NCBI GenBank assembly: GCA_963751345.1
Contig: CAVVUS010000049.1
Coordinates: forward strand, 50,220 to 114,219
Direction: 5' to 3'
Source: an uncultured Chloroflexia bacterium
GTDB taxonomy: Bacteria > Chloroflexota > Anaerolineae > B4-G1 > SLSP01
Length of the DNA stretch: 64,000 nucleotides
Shown here: one piece after another, positions 39,312-49,456 of the stretch
Layout of the letters: each line of letters opens with the position of its first letter
Numbering within the stretch: the stretch's first letter is position 1
Position numbers and translations under genes: made by a program
Notes under the pieces: model-generated
What the model was told of the DNA's origin: nothing
Databases searched by the model: none
What the model saw: the letters and a program-made list of their open reading frames with translations, nothing else

Positions 39312-40823
39312 ATGATCGAATGGCAGACACTGGTCCAGGACCTCTTCGAGGGTAGCGTCTTACGATGGCTGCTCTTCAGCCGGCGACGTTGGTATCTGCT
39401 GGCTGCGGCGTTGCTGCTCCTGCTCATCCTGTCGCTCGCCGGCGGTTGGCTCATTGCCGAGGTCGGCCCTCTGGTCGTCGGCATCCTCGTGGCCGGTCTC
39501 ATCTATATGGTCTGGATGCTGGCCGATCTGGAGATTGCGTATTTGGGCGTGATCGGTGTCATCACCCTACTGCCCTTCGGGTCGTTGCCATTCAGCATCG
39601 GCTTTACCCCTACCTTCCTCGATCTGGCGTTGCTTGGGCTTTTCGTTGCTTGGGCAGCTACGTTCCTGCTGGGTGAGGAACAGAGGTTGATCACAACGCC
39701 GCTCGGCGGGCCGGTACTTGTGTTTGCGCTACTGGCGATCGTCGCGTTTGTGGCCGGCCTGGCCAACGGTGCGCTGACGAGCTATCTGGTGCGTCACTTT
39801 GTGGAGATACTGCTCAGTATCGCACTCTTCTACCTCGTCGTGAACACGGTGCGTGACGTCGGACGCCTCGGCAGGTTGATGCGCTGGCTTATCCTGGGCG
39901 CGTCCGCTGCTGCTCTCATCGGCATCGTGCTGTACTTCATCCCGGAGACGACGACAATTCGTATATTATCGGCGCTTGGGCGCTTCGGCTATCCGACCGG
40001 CCAGGGCGTAATCTGGCATATCCGTGACGACCCCGAGCTGATGAAGCGGGCCACATCGACGTCGGTTCACCCGAATGTCCTGGGCAGCTTGCTGAACTTC
40101 GGGCTGGCAATGCTGATCCCTCAGTTGATCTCGCGACGCCATCTCTTTCCGCCGCTGGTAGGCTGGGCACTGGCCGGCATTCTTGGCGTCGGCTTGATCC
40201 TGACAGTCTCACGCAGCGCTATGGTGGGTGTTGGCGTGGCCGTCATTGTCATCAGTGCGATGCGTTACCGCGGCCTGCTCCCCATCATCGCCGTGGCCGG
40301 GCTGCTCTTTCTGGTATTGCCGTGGTCGCAGGGGCTTGTCAACCACTTCATGGAGGGTTTCCAGCTCAAGGATCTCTCCACCGAGATGCGTCTGGGCGAG
40401 TACAAGGATACTTTCACGCTGATCCAGCGCTATCCCTTCCTTGGTGTGGGCTTTGCCGGCGCGCCTGATATCGACATCTACGTGGCCGTGGCGAGCCTCT
40501 ATCTGATCGTGGCTGCCCAGATGGGCCTGGTTGGTCTGGCCGCATTTCTGGTGGTGCTCGGCGTGCTGCTCTGGCGATTCTGGCAGCACCGGAACGCTGC
40601 ACGAGGGGTGCCGGAGCTCGAGTCCCTCTGGTATGGCGTTCACGCAGCCATCATCGGCGGCGTCATCAGTGGTATCTTCGATCACTTCTTCTTCAGCCTG
40701 GACTTTCACAATTCGGTCACGCTTTTCTGGCTCATTGTCGGGTTGGCGACAGCAGCGACCCAGTTGGTGATCGAACAGGACGCGGAATTGGGCGATCGGC
40801 TCCCCCTGCCGCTGATTCCGTGA
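39312..40823 (+). CDS. O-antigen ligase (Wzy_C) family membrane protein
   Basis: Multi-TM; RATS..HPN, LTVSRSA, R...Y, PFLGVG. Confidence 0.82.
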   Translation: MIEWQTLVQDLFEGSVLRWLLFSRRRWYLLAAALLLLLILSLAGGWLIAEVGPLVVGILVAGLIYMVWMLADLEIAYLGVIGVITLLPFGSLPFSIGFTPTFLDLALLGLFVAWAATFLLGEEQRLITTPLGGPVLVFALLAIVAFVAGLANGALTSYLVRHFVEILLSIALFYLVVNTVRDVGRLGRLMRWLILGASAAALIGIVLYFIPETTTIRILSALGRFGYPTGQGVIWHIRDDPELMKRATSTSVHPNVLGSLLNFGLAMLIPQLISRRHLFPPLVGWALAGILGVGLILTVSRSAMVGVGVAVIVISAMRYRGLLPIIAVAGLLFLVLPWSQGLVNHFMEGFQLKDLSTEMRLGEYKDTFTLIQRYPFLGVGFAGAPDIDIYVAVASLYLIVAAQMGLVGLAAFLVVLGVLLWRFWQHRNAARGVPELESLWYGVHAAIIGGVISGIFDHFFFSLDFHNSVTLFWLIVGLATAATQLVIEQDAELGDRLPLPLIP

Positions 40824-40898
40824 GCTTGTGTTAGATTTCGCTTCGGGTATACTTCGGTCATCTGACGTCTTTCACGCTGATCTCTCAGGAGGCCCTCA

Positions 40899-42017
40899 AT
40901 GAGACTCTCTTGCCTTCAGGAAAACCTCTCCAAGGGACTGGGCATCGCCGGGCGAGCTGTGCCTTCCCGGACCACTATGCCTATCCTCGGAAACATCCTC
41001 CTGGCGACCGATCACGGTCAGCTGAAGCTGGCGGCGACCAATATGGAATTGAGTATCGTGCATTGGGTTGGTGCCCGCGTTGAGACCGAGGGTGAGGTCA
41101 CCGTGCCTGCGCGCAACTTCATAGATCTCATGAACACCCTGCCCCCTGACCAGGTGAATCTGACGCTTGATGAATCGACGCTTACTCTGGGGCTCAGTTG
41201 CGGTTCGGTGAAGGCCAGCTTCCGAGGCATCTCTGCCGACGAATTCCCCTTGGTGCCGGAACCCGATGGCGAAAACGCCTTCTTGGTGGAGGCCGGAGAG
41301 CTCAGGACGGGGCTGGAGCAGGTGACGTTTGCTGCTTCCACGGATGAGAGCCATCCTGTACTGACCGGCGTGCTGGCCGAGTTTGAGGGTGAGACGATGA
41401 CCTTGGGGGCGGCAGACGGCTTTCGTCTATCGCTTCGAGAGATTCCGCTCGTCGACGCGGTCCCCTCGGCTTTCAACGTTATCATCCCGGCGCGTGCATT
41501 GCAGGAGCTGATGCGCATCATCAGCGGGCTCGAGGAGCCGGTGCGCATCTCGACCACGCGTCCGCACAACCAGGTGCTTTTCCAGATGCCGGACACGGTC
41601 CTGAACTCGCAGCTTATCGACGGTAGTTTTCCCGATGTGCGCCGCATCATTCCTGCGTCCTCAAAGACCAAGGTCGTGATTGGGCGTGAGGAGATCCTGC
41701 AAGCATGCAAACGAGCGGCGATCTTCGCGCGGGATGTGGCCAACATCATCAGCTTGCGCATCGACGAGGGCGAACTGACGGTTGCTGCGGACTCCGCCGA
41801 GTCCGGGCAGGGGTCGACGCGATTGGCCGCCAGCGTTGAAGGCCCTGGACTCGAGATTGCGTTCAACGTGCGTTTCCTGATCGATGTCTTCTCCGCATTG
41901 GACACGCCGCAGGTAGCATTGGAGCTTAACTCGCCAACCAATCCCGGGGTGGTGCGAGCGGTCGGCGACGACGCATTCATCCACGTTGTCATGCCCATGC
42001 ACCTCGGGCATCGTTAG
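40899..42017 (+). CDS. dnaN: DNA polymerase III beta sliding clamp
   Basis: PILGNIL, ATNME, ADEFP, LTGV, ADGFRL, LIDGSFPD, IAFNVRFL, VVMPM. Confidence 0.97.
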   Translation: MRLSCLQENLSKGLGIAGRAVPSRTTMPILGNILLATDHGQLKLAATNMELSIVHWVGARVETEGEVTVPARNFIDLMNTLPPDQVNLTLDESTLTLGLSCGSVKASFRGISADEFPLVPEPDGENAFLVEAGELRTGLEQVTFAASTDESHPVLTGVLAEFEGETMTLGAADGFRLSLREIPLVDAVPSAFNVIIPARALQELMRIISGLEEPVRISTTRPHNQVLFQMPDTVLNSQLIDGSFPDVRRIIPASSKTKVVIGREEILQACKRAAIFARDVANIISLRIDEGELTVAADSAESGQGSTRLAASVEGPGLEIAFNVRFLIDVFSALDTPQVALELNSPTNPGVVRAVGDDAFIHVVMPMHLGHR

Positions 42018-42072
42018 TCGATCACAGGTCTCTGGCTTCCTCTCTACACGAAGCCAGCGCCGTATGCACGCC

Positions 42073-42124
42073 AGGCTGGAGGTGGGACGTCAACCTTATG
42101 ACGTTTCGTCTCCAGCCTCCTTTT
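42073..42124 (+). terminator. Intrinsic terminator after dnaN
   Basis: AGGCTGGAG...GACGTCA/TGACGTT...CTCCAGCCT stem followed by CCTTTT. Confidence 0.6.
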
Positions 42125-42160
42125 CATATAGGTAACCTTTGATACGCATTGGAAAAGCAG

Positions 42161-44575
42161 ATGACAAATGACAAGACCATACCGACGATCCCGGAACTGG
42201 CACCCGAGCGCCTGCGCCGGACCTGCAAGGCCTCGGATCTCGCTTTTGAGGTGACGGATGACCTGCCCTTCGAGCCCGGTATTATTGGTCAGGCTCGGGC
42301 CGTTGACGCGGTTCATTTCGGACTCGACATTCGCAGTCCCGGTTTCAATGTCTTTGTGATGGGCCCTACAGGGTCGGGCCGGCGCTCGATCATCAAACGC
42401 ATCGTGGAGGCGAAAGCCGCGGATGAGCCCGTTCCCGACGACTGGCTGTACGTCACGTCGTTTGCTCAGCCCGACAAGCCACGTGCCATTCGCCTGCCCC
42501 CGGGGCGTGGCCGCCAACTTCGTGCCAGCATGGAGCGGTTTAGCACCGGTCTTCCCGAACGTCTTCAGCAGGCGTTTGATACCGACCGCTATGCCAGTGC
42601 CCGGGAGGAGATGGAGCAGCAGTACCGGGGCCTGGAGCGCCAGGCTCTGGCGTCCGTCGAAGCTGCCTGTCGTGAACGAAACTGTGTGCTCGTGCGCTCT
42701 CCCTCTGGTCTCTACATTGCCCCCGTGGGCAATGGCGAATTGCTGTCGCCTGAAGCGATCAGCCAGCTCAATGCCGAGGAGCAGGAACGTATCCAGCAGG
42801 ACCTCGATTATCTGGATGACCTTCTCGATGATGAAATGCGGCATCTGCGCGACCATGAGAGGCGGGTGCAGGCTGACATCGACAAGCTTGATCGCGAGGT
42901 GGCCGATTTCACCCTTGGGCCGCTTCTCGATGAACTGCGGGTCGCCTATGCCGATCAGCCGGCAGTTCAGACGTACATTGAGGAGGTCCGGGACGATATC
43001 CTCTCTAACATTCCGCAGTTCCGGATTGGGGATGCGGCAAGGGGCGATACGGAAGGTGCATCGCTCCTTGAAGTTCCCGTCAACAAGCGCTATCGGGTCA
43101 ACCTGTTTGTCGACAACAGCGAACTCCAGGGTGCTCCGGTCATCTCCGTTGAGCGGCCCTCCGCCCAGCGGCTGCTGGGCGCCGTTGAGTACGATGTGAG
43201 ATATGGCGTTAGCGTTACGGATCATACGTTGGTGCGGGCGGGAGCGCTCCACCGCGCAAACGGCGGATATCTGATCGTCGATGCCACGGCATTGTTGGAG
43301 GAGTACGAGGGGTGGACGGGGCTCAAGCTCGCCCTCTCGGAGAAGATGGTCCGCGTTGAATCCCCCGATGGGCATCGTCTGGTCAGGACGGTCACTCCCA
43401 GTCCCCAGCCGATCCCTCTGGAGATCAAGGTCGTCCTGATCGGTCTGCCGGACGTCTTTTACGCCCTCTATGAGCTGGATGAGGACTTCGCCAAGTTCTT
43501 CAAGGTCCAGGTCGATTTCCAGACCGAGGTGGATCGGACGACGGAGACCGAGCGTGCTTACGTTCGCTTCATCCGGACGCTCTGTCAGGAGGAGAGCCTG
43601 CTGCCGTTCACCGCGGAGGCGGCAGCCAGGGTCGTGGAGTTCGGATCGAGGTGGGTAGATGACCAGGATCGCCTCAGTGCCCAGTTTGGCCACGTTGCGG
43701 ATCTGGTGCGTGAGGCCGACTACTGGGCGCGCCAGGCCGAGCAGGAGGTCGTCCGTCGTGAGGATGTCCTGACCGCGCTCAAGCAGCAACAGCAGCGCGT
43801 GGGATTGCTGGAAGAGATCTCGCTTCGCGAGATCCTTGAGAACCGGCTCATCGTGCGGACAGATGGGGCCCTGGTAGGTCAGGTCAACGCGCTGACCGTC
43901 GTCAGCTACGGGAGCAGCAGCTACGGCGTGCCAAGCCGGGTGACGGCCCGTGCCTATGTCGGGCGCGGCAGTGTGATCGACATCCATCGCGAGATCGATC
44001 TCGGCGGGCCAATCCACACAAAGGGTGTGCTCACGCTGATGGGCTACTTTGGTGGACAGTATGGTACTTCCAGGGCCCTGTCGATGGAGGCAAGCCTCAG
44101 CTTTGAGCAGGTCTACGGCGACATCGAGGGAGATAGCGCGTCGTGCGCCGAGCTCTACGCGCTCATCTCAGCAGTCTCGGGCATCCCACTGCGCCAAGAT
44201 CTGGCCGTGACCGGGGCAGTGGATCAGTACGGCATCGTTATGGCGATTGGCGGCGTGAATGAGAAGATCGAGGGCTTTTTCGAGGTCTGCAAGGCACGGG
44301 GGCTGACCGGTACCCAAGGGGTCATCATCCCCCACGCGAACGTTAAGAGCTTGATGCTGGAGGAAGATGTGATCTCCGCCGTACGCGACGGGCAGTTCCA
44401 CATTTATCCCGTCTTGACGGTCGACGAAGGTCTCTCGCTGTTGACAGGGGAGCCGGTCGGAGAGCCCGATGATCTCGGCAAATTCCCACCCAACTCAATA
44501 CACAGCAAGGTTGCCGCCCAACTCGCGGCCTTCGCACGAAGTGAGGATGACGAGTCTGAGTCCGACGAGGATTGA
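42161..44575 (+). CDS. Lon-like protease (LonC / AAA_32 + Lon_C type)
   Basis: IIGQARA, GPTGSGR (Walker A K to R), GALHRANGGYL, GQVNAL, GPIHTKG, EGDSAS (Ser), IGGVNEKIEGFF (Lys). Confidence 0.92.
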   Translation: MTNDKTIPTIPELAPERLRRTCKASDLAFEVTDDLPFEPGIIGQARAVDAVHFGLDIRSPGFNVFVMGPTGSGRRSIIKRIVEAKAADEPVPDDWLYVTSFAQPDKPRAIRLPPGRGRQLRASMERFSTGLPERLQQAFDTDRYASAREEMEQQYRGLERQALASVEAACRERNCVLVRSPSGLYIAPVGNGELLSPEAISQLNAEEQERIQQDLDYLDDLLDDEMRHLRDHERRVQADIDKLDREVADFTLGPLLDELRVAYADQPAVQTYIEEVRDDILSNIPQFRIGDAARGDTEGASLLEVPVNKRYRVNLFVDNSELQGAPVISVERPSAQRLLGAVEYDVRYGVSVTDHTLVRAGALHRANGGYLIVDATALLEEYEGWTGLKLALSEKMVRVESPDGHRLVRTVTPSPQPIPLEIKVVLIGLPDVFYALYELDEDFAKFFKVQVDFQTEVDRTTETERAYVRFIRTLCQEESLLPFTAEAAARVVEFGSRWVDDQDRLSAQFGHVADLVREADYWARQAEQEVVRREDVLTALKQQQQRVGLLEEISLREILENRLIVRTDGALVGQVNALTVVSYGSSSYGVPSRVTARAYVGRGSVIDIHREIDLGGPIHTKGVLTLMGYFGGQYGTSRALSMEASLSFEQVYGDIEGDSASCAELYALISAVSGIPLRQDLAVTGAVDQYGIVMAIGGVNEKIEGFFEVCKARGLTGTQGVIIPHANVKSLMLEEDVISAVRDGQFHIYPVLTVDEGLSLLTGEPVGEPDDLGKFPPNSIHSKVAAQLAAFARSEDDESESDED

Positions 44576-44592
44576 GCGGTCTGGCCTCAGGC

Positions 44593-45018
44593 TCAGGCCG
44601 ACCGAATCTCGACGCCCCTGATGGTGTAGTAGAAGGCGAGGGATTCGTTCATCCCGTCGCGGATCCTGCGGCGGATCTGGTCCATCACATCAATAAAGAC
44701 CGAAGTCTCGTCCGCGCGGGGACATATCACGCCGAGCCGTGCCTTTGTGCCGGAGTTGTCGATACCCCACTGTCCCTCGAATCGGCGGCAGAAGGTCTCC
44801 CCCAGGAAGGCGCACCATACGGTCTCGATCTCTTGCGATGGGTTGGGGAACTGCCGAATGTGGCGATCAATCCACTCATCGAGGGTCTGCAGCCCCACGG
44901 CGTTGTAGTCGACGTCAACGCCTGCGTAGCGCGAGATGCTGAGCTTGGCCCGATCAGCCAGGTCCGTCAGTTGGCGGGATTTCTGTGGCGGAATGAACTG
45001 GACGGCTCGCTTCGTCAT
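44593..45018 (-). CDS. Hypothetical protein (141 aa; DUF3806/immunity-like pattern)
   Basis: GAGAGG RBS; DY....L..LD..I and AFLGE...R...G.W pattern. Confidence 0.65.
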   Translation of the reverse strand: MTKRAVQFIPPQKSRQLTDLADRAKLSISRYAGVDVDYNAVGLQTLDEWIDRHIRQFPNPSQEIETVWCAFLGETFCRRFEGQWGIDNSGTKARLGVICPRADETSVFIDVMDQIRRRIRDGMNESLAFYYTIRGVEIRSA

Positions 45019-45292
45019 ACTGGCCTCTCACTCTGGGTGCTTATAAGCATTATAGCATGACCCGCCTCACGGCACAACAGAGGCTTCTGCCTTCTAACCC
45101 CGCTAAGACCAGGGACACGCCACATTGGCCAGACGCCTCGGGCTCGGCAAATGCCTGCGCGGGCGGGTGCGCTTGCACGAGTAGGTGCCATCCTAGCCTC
45201 CGCAGAGAGAGTACGGTGCCCGAGTGGGCTTTGCCAGGCGACCCTTTGTGACTATAATCTGGCTACGCTAGAATCCAGGAGTCATTTGATCT

Positions 45293-45937
45293 ATGGAAAT
45301 CGCTTGGTACGGGCTGGGCTGCTTCCGACTCAGCGAACGTGGTTGTCCCACCATCGTGACCGATCCGTTCGAAGAAGCTTCGACAGGCCTGCACTTGCCC
45401 CGGGCCGGGGTAAGTGTGGTGACGTGGAGTCAGCTAATGGATGATCCCCATGAGGCTCATTGGCCCGGATTGCAGGGCGAGATCCATACCGTTGCCAGCC
45501 CCGGGGAGTACGAGATCGGTGGGGTTTTCATCACCGGCATCGCATCGACCGGGCAGGCCGGGGCGGGCGCGGCACAAAACGTCATCTTTGCCATCAACTT
45601 TGAGGGCGTGGTCGTGTGTCATCTGGGCGCGTTGGGACAGTCGCTGACCCAGGCGCAGATTGAGCCTATCGGACGCGTCAACGTGCTCCTTATGCCTGTG
45701 GGTCTCTCTGATGGCCTCACGATGACGATGGCTTCTGAGACCGTGAGCTTGATCGAGCCGGACATTGTCATTCCGATGCAGTATGCCACGCCCGGTCTAC
45801 TCGTGGATCGGGGGCCGGTAGACTATTTCCTGAAGGAGATGGGCGTCGCACATCCCACGACGGTGCCCAGTCTCAAAGTTACGGCCGGTGTGGAGCCGGA
45901 GGAAACCCAGATTGTGCTCCTCGAACCCTATGCCTAA
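45293..45937 (+). CDS. MBL-fold protein (Lactamase_B_3-like) lacking metal ligands
   Basis: IAWYG..CFRL, VTDPF, PGEYEIGGVFITG, HLG.LG, EP.IVIPM framework without the conserved His/Asp residues. Confidence 0.8.
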   Translation: MEIAWYGLGCFRLSERGCPTIVTDPFEEASTGLHLPRAGVSVVTWSQLMDDPHEAHWPGLQGEIHTVASPGEYEIGGVFITGIASTGQAGAGAAQNVIFAINFEGVVVCHLGALGQSLTQAQIEPIGRVNVLLMPVGLSDGLTMTMASETVSLIEPDIVIPMQYATPGLLVDRGPVDYFLKEMGVAHPTTVPSLKVTAGVEPEETQIVLLEPYA

Positions 45938-45970
45938 GGTCCGTGGCGCCATCCCGTGTGGAGGTTATCT

Positions 45971-46780
45971 ATGCGACGAGGCCGTCTGATACTGGGTGTT
46001 GCTATCGTTCTGGTCTTTATTGGTGGCATGGTGGCGGCGATCTCCCTGTCGCATAAGGCGTCGCCGGCACAGCCGGCGACGGATCTGGGTTCCATGGATG
46101 CCATCCAAGCCGAGATCGATGCCGGACAATACGAGAGTGCTCAGGCCGAGCTCGAGCAGATCCTCAGCACCAATGATGAGAATGCGGAGGCGCACTTCAA
46201 GCTGGGCCTCGTGATGTTCAATCTCGGAGATTACCAGATGGCCGAAGACCACTTCATGCGCTCGCTGGCGCTGGAGCCCGACCGCGCGGCCGCTGTGCAT
46301 CACAATCTCGGCGTGTTGGCCTATCAGACAGGAGATATGGAGAAGGCGCTCGCGGAGTTCCAGTCCGCACTCGAGGCCGACCCTGAGGACGCCGACACGC
46401 ACTACCAACTGGGGGCCACCTACCTGGTTCAGGCTTACCCTATGGGGGCGGTGGAGCCGGATGCGGATCTACTCCAGAAGGCGCAGGCGGAATTCGAGCG
46501 AGCGCTTGAGATCACGCCTGAGAAACCTGAGGCGTTGGTTGGGATGGCTAACATCGATATGTTGCAGAACAACATGGCAGATGCCATCACGCTTCTGGAG
46601 AGCGCGCTGGAGCAGGAGCCGGAGATGAGAGAGGCGCTGTTTGCACTGGGACGTTCGTATGCAGCGGTCGGTGAGGTCGACAAAGCACGTGCGACGCTGG
46701 AGAAGTTCCTCGACACCAATCCTCCCACCGTGTGGGCCGAGCAGGCCCAACAACTGCTGACCGACCTCGGAGGGGAGTAG
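45971..46780 (+). CDS. Membrane-anchored tetratricopeptide repeat protein
   Basis: N-terminal TM; AHFKLG, HHNLG, HYQLG, LFALG TPR repeats; GGAGG RBS. Confidence 0.88.
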   Translation: MRRGRLILGVAIVLVFIGGMVAAISLSHKASPAQPATDLGSMDAIQAEIDAGQYESAQAELEQILSTNDENAEAHFKLGLVMFNLGDYQMAEDHFMRSLALEPDRAAAVHHNLGVLAYQTGDMEKALAEFQSALEADPEDADTHYQLGATYLVQAYPMGAVEPDADLLQKAQAEFERALEITPEKPEALVGMANIDMLQNNMADAITLLESALEQEPEMREALFALGRSYAAVGEVDKARATLEKFLDTNPPTVWAEQAQQLLTDLGGE

Positions 46781-46781
46781 C

Positions 46782-47090
46782 GTGAGCACCCCAATCAAGC
46801 TACTGATGACCTGGGACATCGCTCCTGGTCAGGAAGAGGCGTGCTTCGCTTTCATCACACAGGACCTGCCTCCCAAGATGGAGGAGGCGGGCCTGCAGTT
46901 GACCGATGCCTGGTTCACGGCTCACGGCGATTGGCCGCAGATGCGGATCGGGTTTGTGAGCGATGACATCCATATGCTTGAAGCCTTCACGACCTCGGCG
47001 GTGTGGCATCAGCTTAAGGAGAGGCTCCTGACCTACACGCAAAACTACCACGAGAAGATCGTGGTAGCCAAAGGGGGCTTCCAGCTCTAG
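46782..47090 (+). CDS. Small hypothetical protein (102 aa)
   Basis: RBS GGAG; KLLMTWDI.PG.E...F.F, ends GGFQL; coupled to the TPR gene. Confidence 0.7.
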   Translation: MSTPIKLLMTWDIAPGQEEACFAFITQDLPPKMEEAGLQLTDAWFTAHGDWPQMRIGFVSDDIHMLEAFTTSAVWHQLKERLLTYTQNYHEKIVVAKGGFQL

Positions 47091-47175
47091 GGCAGATAAT
47101 CTCGCAAGGGCGTCCCGAGCTCCAGCGACTACAATCGGGGTTCGGGATACTTTCGCAAGGCTTTCCGGGCGCGGA

Positions 47176-49426
47176 TCACCGTGGAGCCTGGCCCTCAAAG
47201 GGCAGCCGCAACTGGGCGGACTCCCGTTCGACAATGGGATCCAGCCCCAGGATGACCTCAATGTCGGACCTCTCGTGGATTTCCTCGACCATTCGGCGCA
47301 GATGCCGGAACTTGACGAACGCCCATCGATCTACGCGTGTCAGCTCCGACAGGCGCGGGTCTCGGCGTAGTTTCAACGCGGTCAAGGCGGCTCGCCCCCC
47401 CGGGATGATCAAGCATCGCGCCCCATCGCAGGGCGGGGGGGACTTGAGAAGATGCGGTCCCAGGAGAGCAGTCGTCGTACACCGAAAGAGGAATGGTCGG
47501 CTCTGTCCTTCTTTCCAGACGATGTCGCCGTTGAGTCGGCGCCCCACGCCATAGCCGAGCCGTTCACCCAGGGCCTGGACCTCCTCCTTCATCTGTTGGG
47601 CCTCGGCCTTGCGCCGGTCGGGCTCGTCCTCGGGACGTAGCGACAGACGACCTGTTTCATCCGCTGCCGTGTAGGCGTCGATGCAGGCCGTGACCAGCTC
47701 GGGCTCTGGAGACAACGCACCGCCGAACGCAGTATAGACCGCGGCTATCAGACTCTCGCGCCGCCAACGCGGCGCGTCTGTAAGCAGCTTGAGGATCTCC
47801 TCCTCCACGCGATCTCCCAGGGGGGCCTCAGCCTTCTGTGCTGCGTGAAGCCAGACGTAGCGATCTGACAGGGACATCAACACAGAGTCGCCAGGATCGG
47901 CCAACTCAGGAAGATCGGGATCCTCGGACTCGATCAGACTGATAGCGCTGACCTCCTGGCGGTCGGTTGGCTCGCCGCGACGGCTCAGGATGCTCTCCGC
48001 GATTTCGCGTGTCTCGTGCGTGGCACGTGGGTGCGAGGTGGCAAACCTCGGTTGCCGTTCCGATGGCAACGCCTCGCCCGCATCGCGCAGCACGATGCGA
48101 TAGCCCAACGGGGGACAAGCGATCCACCGGTCGATCTGCAGATCCGCCTCGGCCGCTGAATGGAGAACGGCTTTGACCGATGCCAGACCATCGTCCGACG
48201 CGATCGCCAAGATGGGCGCGCCCGGCTGCAATAGAGGCGTCAACTGACGCAGGGCCGCTGCCAGGCTCTTGCGGTACCATTCCCAGTCCAGGCGGCGTCG
48301 GCTGAGAAAGCCGTGCAAGCCGTGCGCCAGAGTATCGTGCGACAACCATGAGGCCCACAGCATGGAGAGTGCCCACACCGCAGCTTCGGGCGGGCGGATC
48401 TCGAATACGACCGCCGCTACGGATCGGTCGATCTGGCTGCGATCCAGATCCTGGATTGAGCTATCCAGGAGGAGGCATCCACCGTCGGCTCTTGGCCATG
48501 AGCGCCGAGAGCGACGGCATCACGGCATTGGTCGGGCTGCCGGTATCGTCGAGCGAGCGCGCCATCGCGGCGGCGTACTCATAGGCGTCTATGGCCTGTT
48601 CCAACACCATCCATACGTTGGCCTCAAGAAAGCGCTGCGCGGGGCGCAGACTTCGCGGACGCTCGTCCGGCGCCGAAGCTGACAGGAGGCTGCTGCCGCG
48701 ATCCAACGCCTCCAGGACCAGGGCCGTGACCGCACGGAAGACATCATCAGGAAGGTGCAATTGGGGAAGTCGATTGATGATGTTCATCAGTGCGGTCAGG
48801 TTTCGTTGGGTATAGAGCTGGACCAGCTCGGCGACCCGCTCGTGGGCTGAGTCGTCGGGGGGCACAACGCGGCTTAGCGCCAGATGATAGGCTGGCCCGG
48901 TCCGGACGGGGAAATCACCCGCCGCGGCCAGATCGTCGCGATCGACGGGCCCCTCGTATGTCGTCTCACAACTGCGACACCGGACGCGTTTCGCATAGGG
49001 CCGCCCAGCCTCGCGGTCCCAGGCAAACCATTCGGCTGTGGCTCGCATCCCACAGTGGGGGCAGCGGGTCGCGTAGAGGTCGTTGATATAGGAGATGAGG
49101 GGGCGTCCATCCTTGGGAAGGTCGCCTAGCTGTGTGAGAGCGGTCTGGACGCGGTCGAGGGGGACCGGGGCAAGATCGAGATGCGTCCAAAGCAGGTGGA
49201 TGGGGTTGCGGTCCAGGGCAATGATGCGTCGACCGGAGGCCACCGCCTCGGCAATCGGCGCCCCTGCGACGGCGCCCACGGCCAGGATCAGATCGCCTGG
49301 CTTCGTACTGGACTCTGCGATTGCCCTGACGACGCCCGAGAGATGGTGGGATCGGTATCTAGCAAGTGGGAAAATTGGGGCGATCGGCGTACCAGGGATG
49401 AGCTGCGGTCCCCCGGCATCAGCCAA
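47176..49426 (-). CDS. Degenerate DNA methyltransferase-like protein with zinc ribbon and C-terminal extension; apparent frameshift ~48490
   Basis: KPGDLIL...EAVASGRRIIALDRNP SAM-fold remnant; TRCPHC...RCRSC; LYTQRNL; GGAGG RBS before TTG. Confidence 0.6.
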
Positions 49427-49456
49427 CGGATCCTCCTATCGTGCCTGCCCTGCCTC

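Noticed and set aside
42044-44017. 657-aa antisense ORF and other long shadow ORFs (e.g. 15754-17169, 60093-61331, 41018-41998)
   Set aside because: They lie opposite well-supported genes in high-GC DNA and show no recognisable motifs
496-48500. About 18 frameshifted genes read as pseudogenes or programmed frameshifts
   Set aside because: Breaks are scattered single-base shifts, often in G/C runs, and hit housekeeping genes such as rnj while catalytic motifs stay intact; most consistent with long-read consensus errors. Read polishing would settle it
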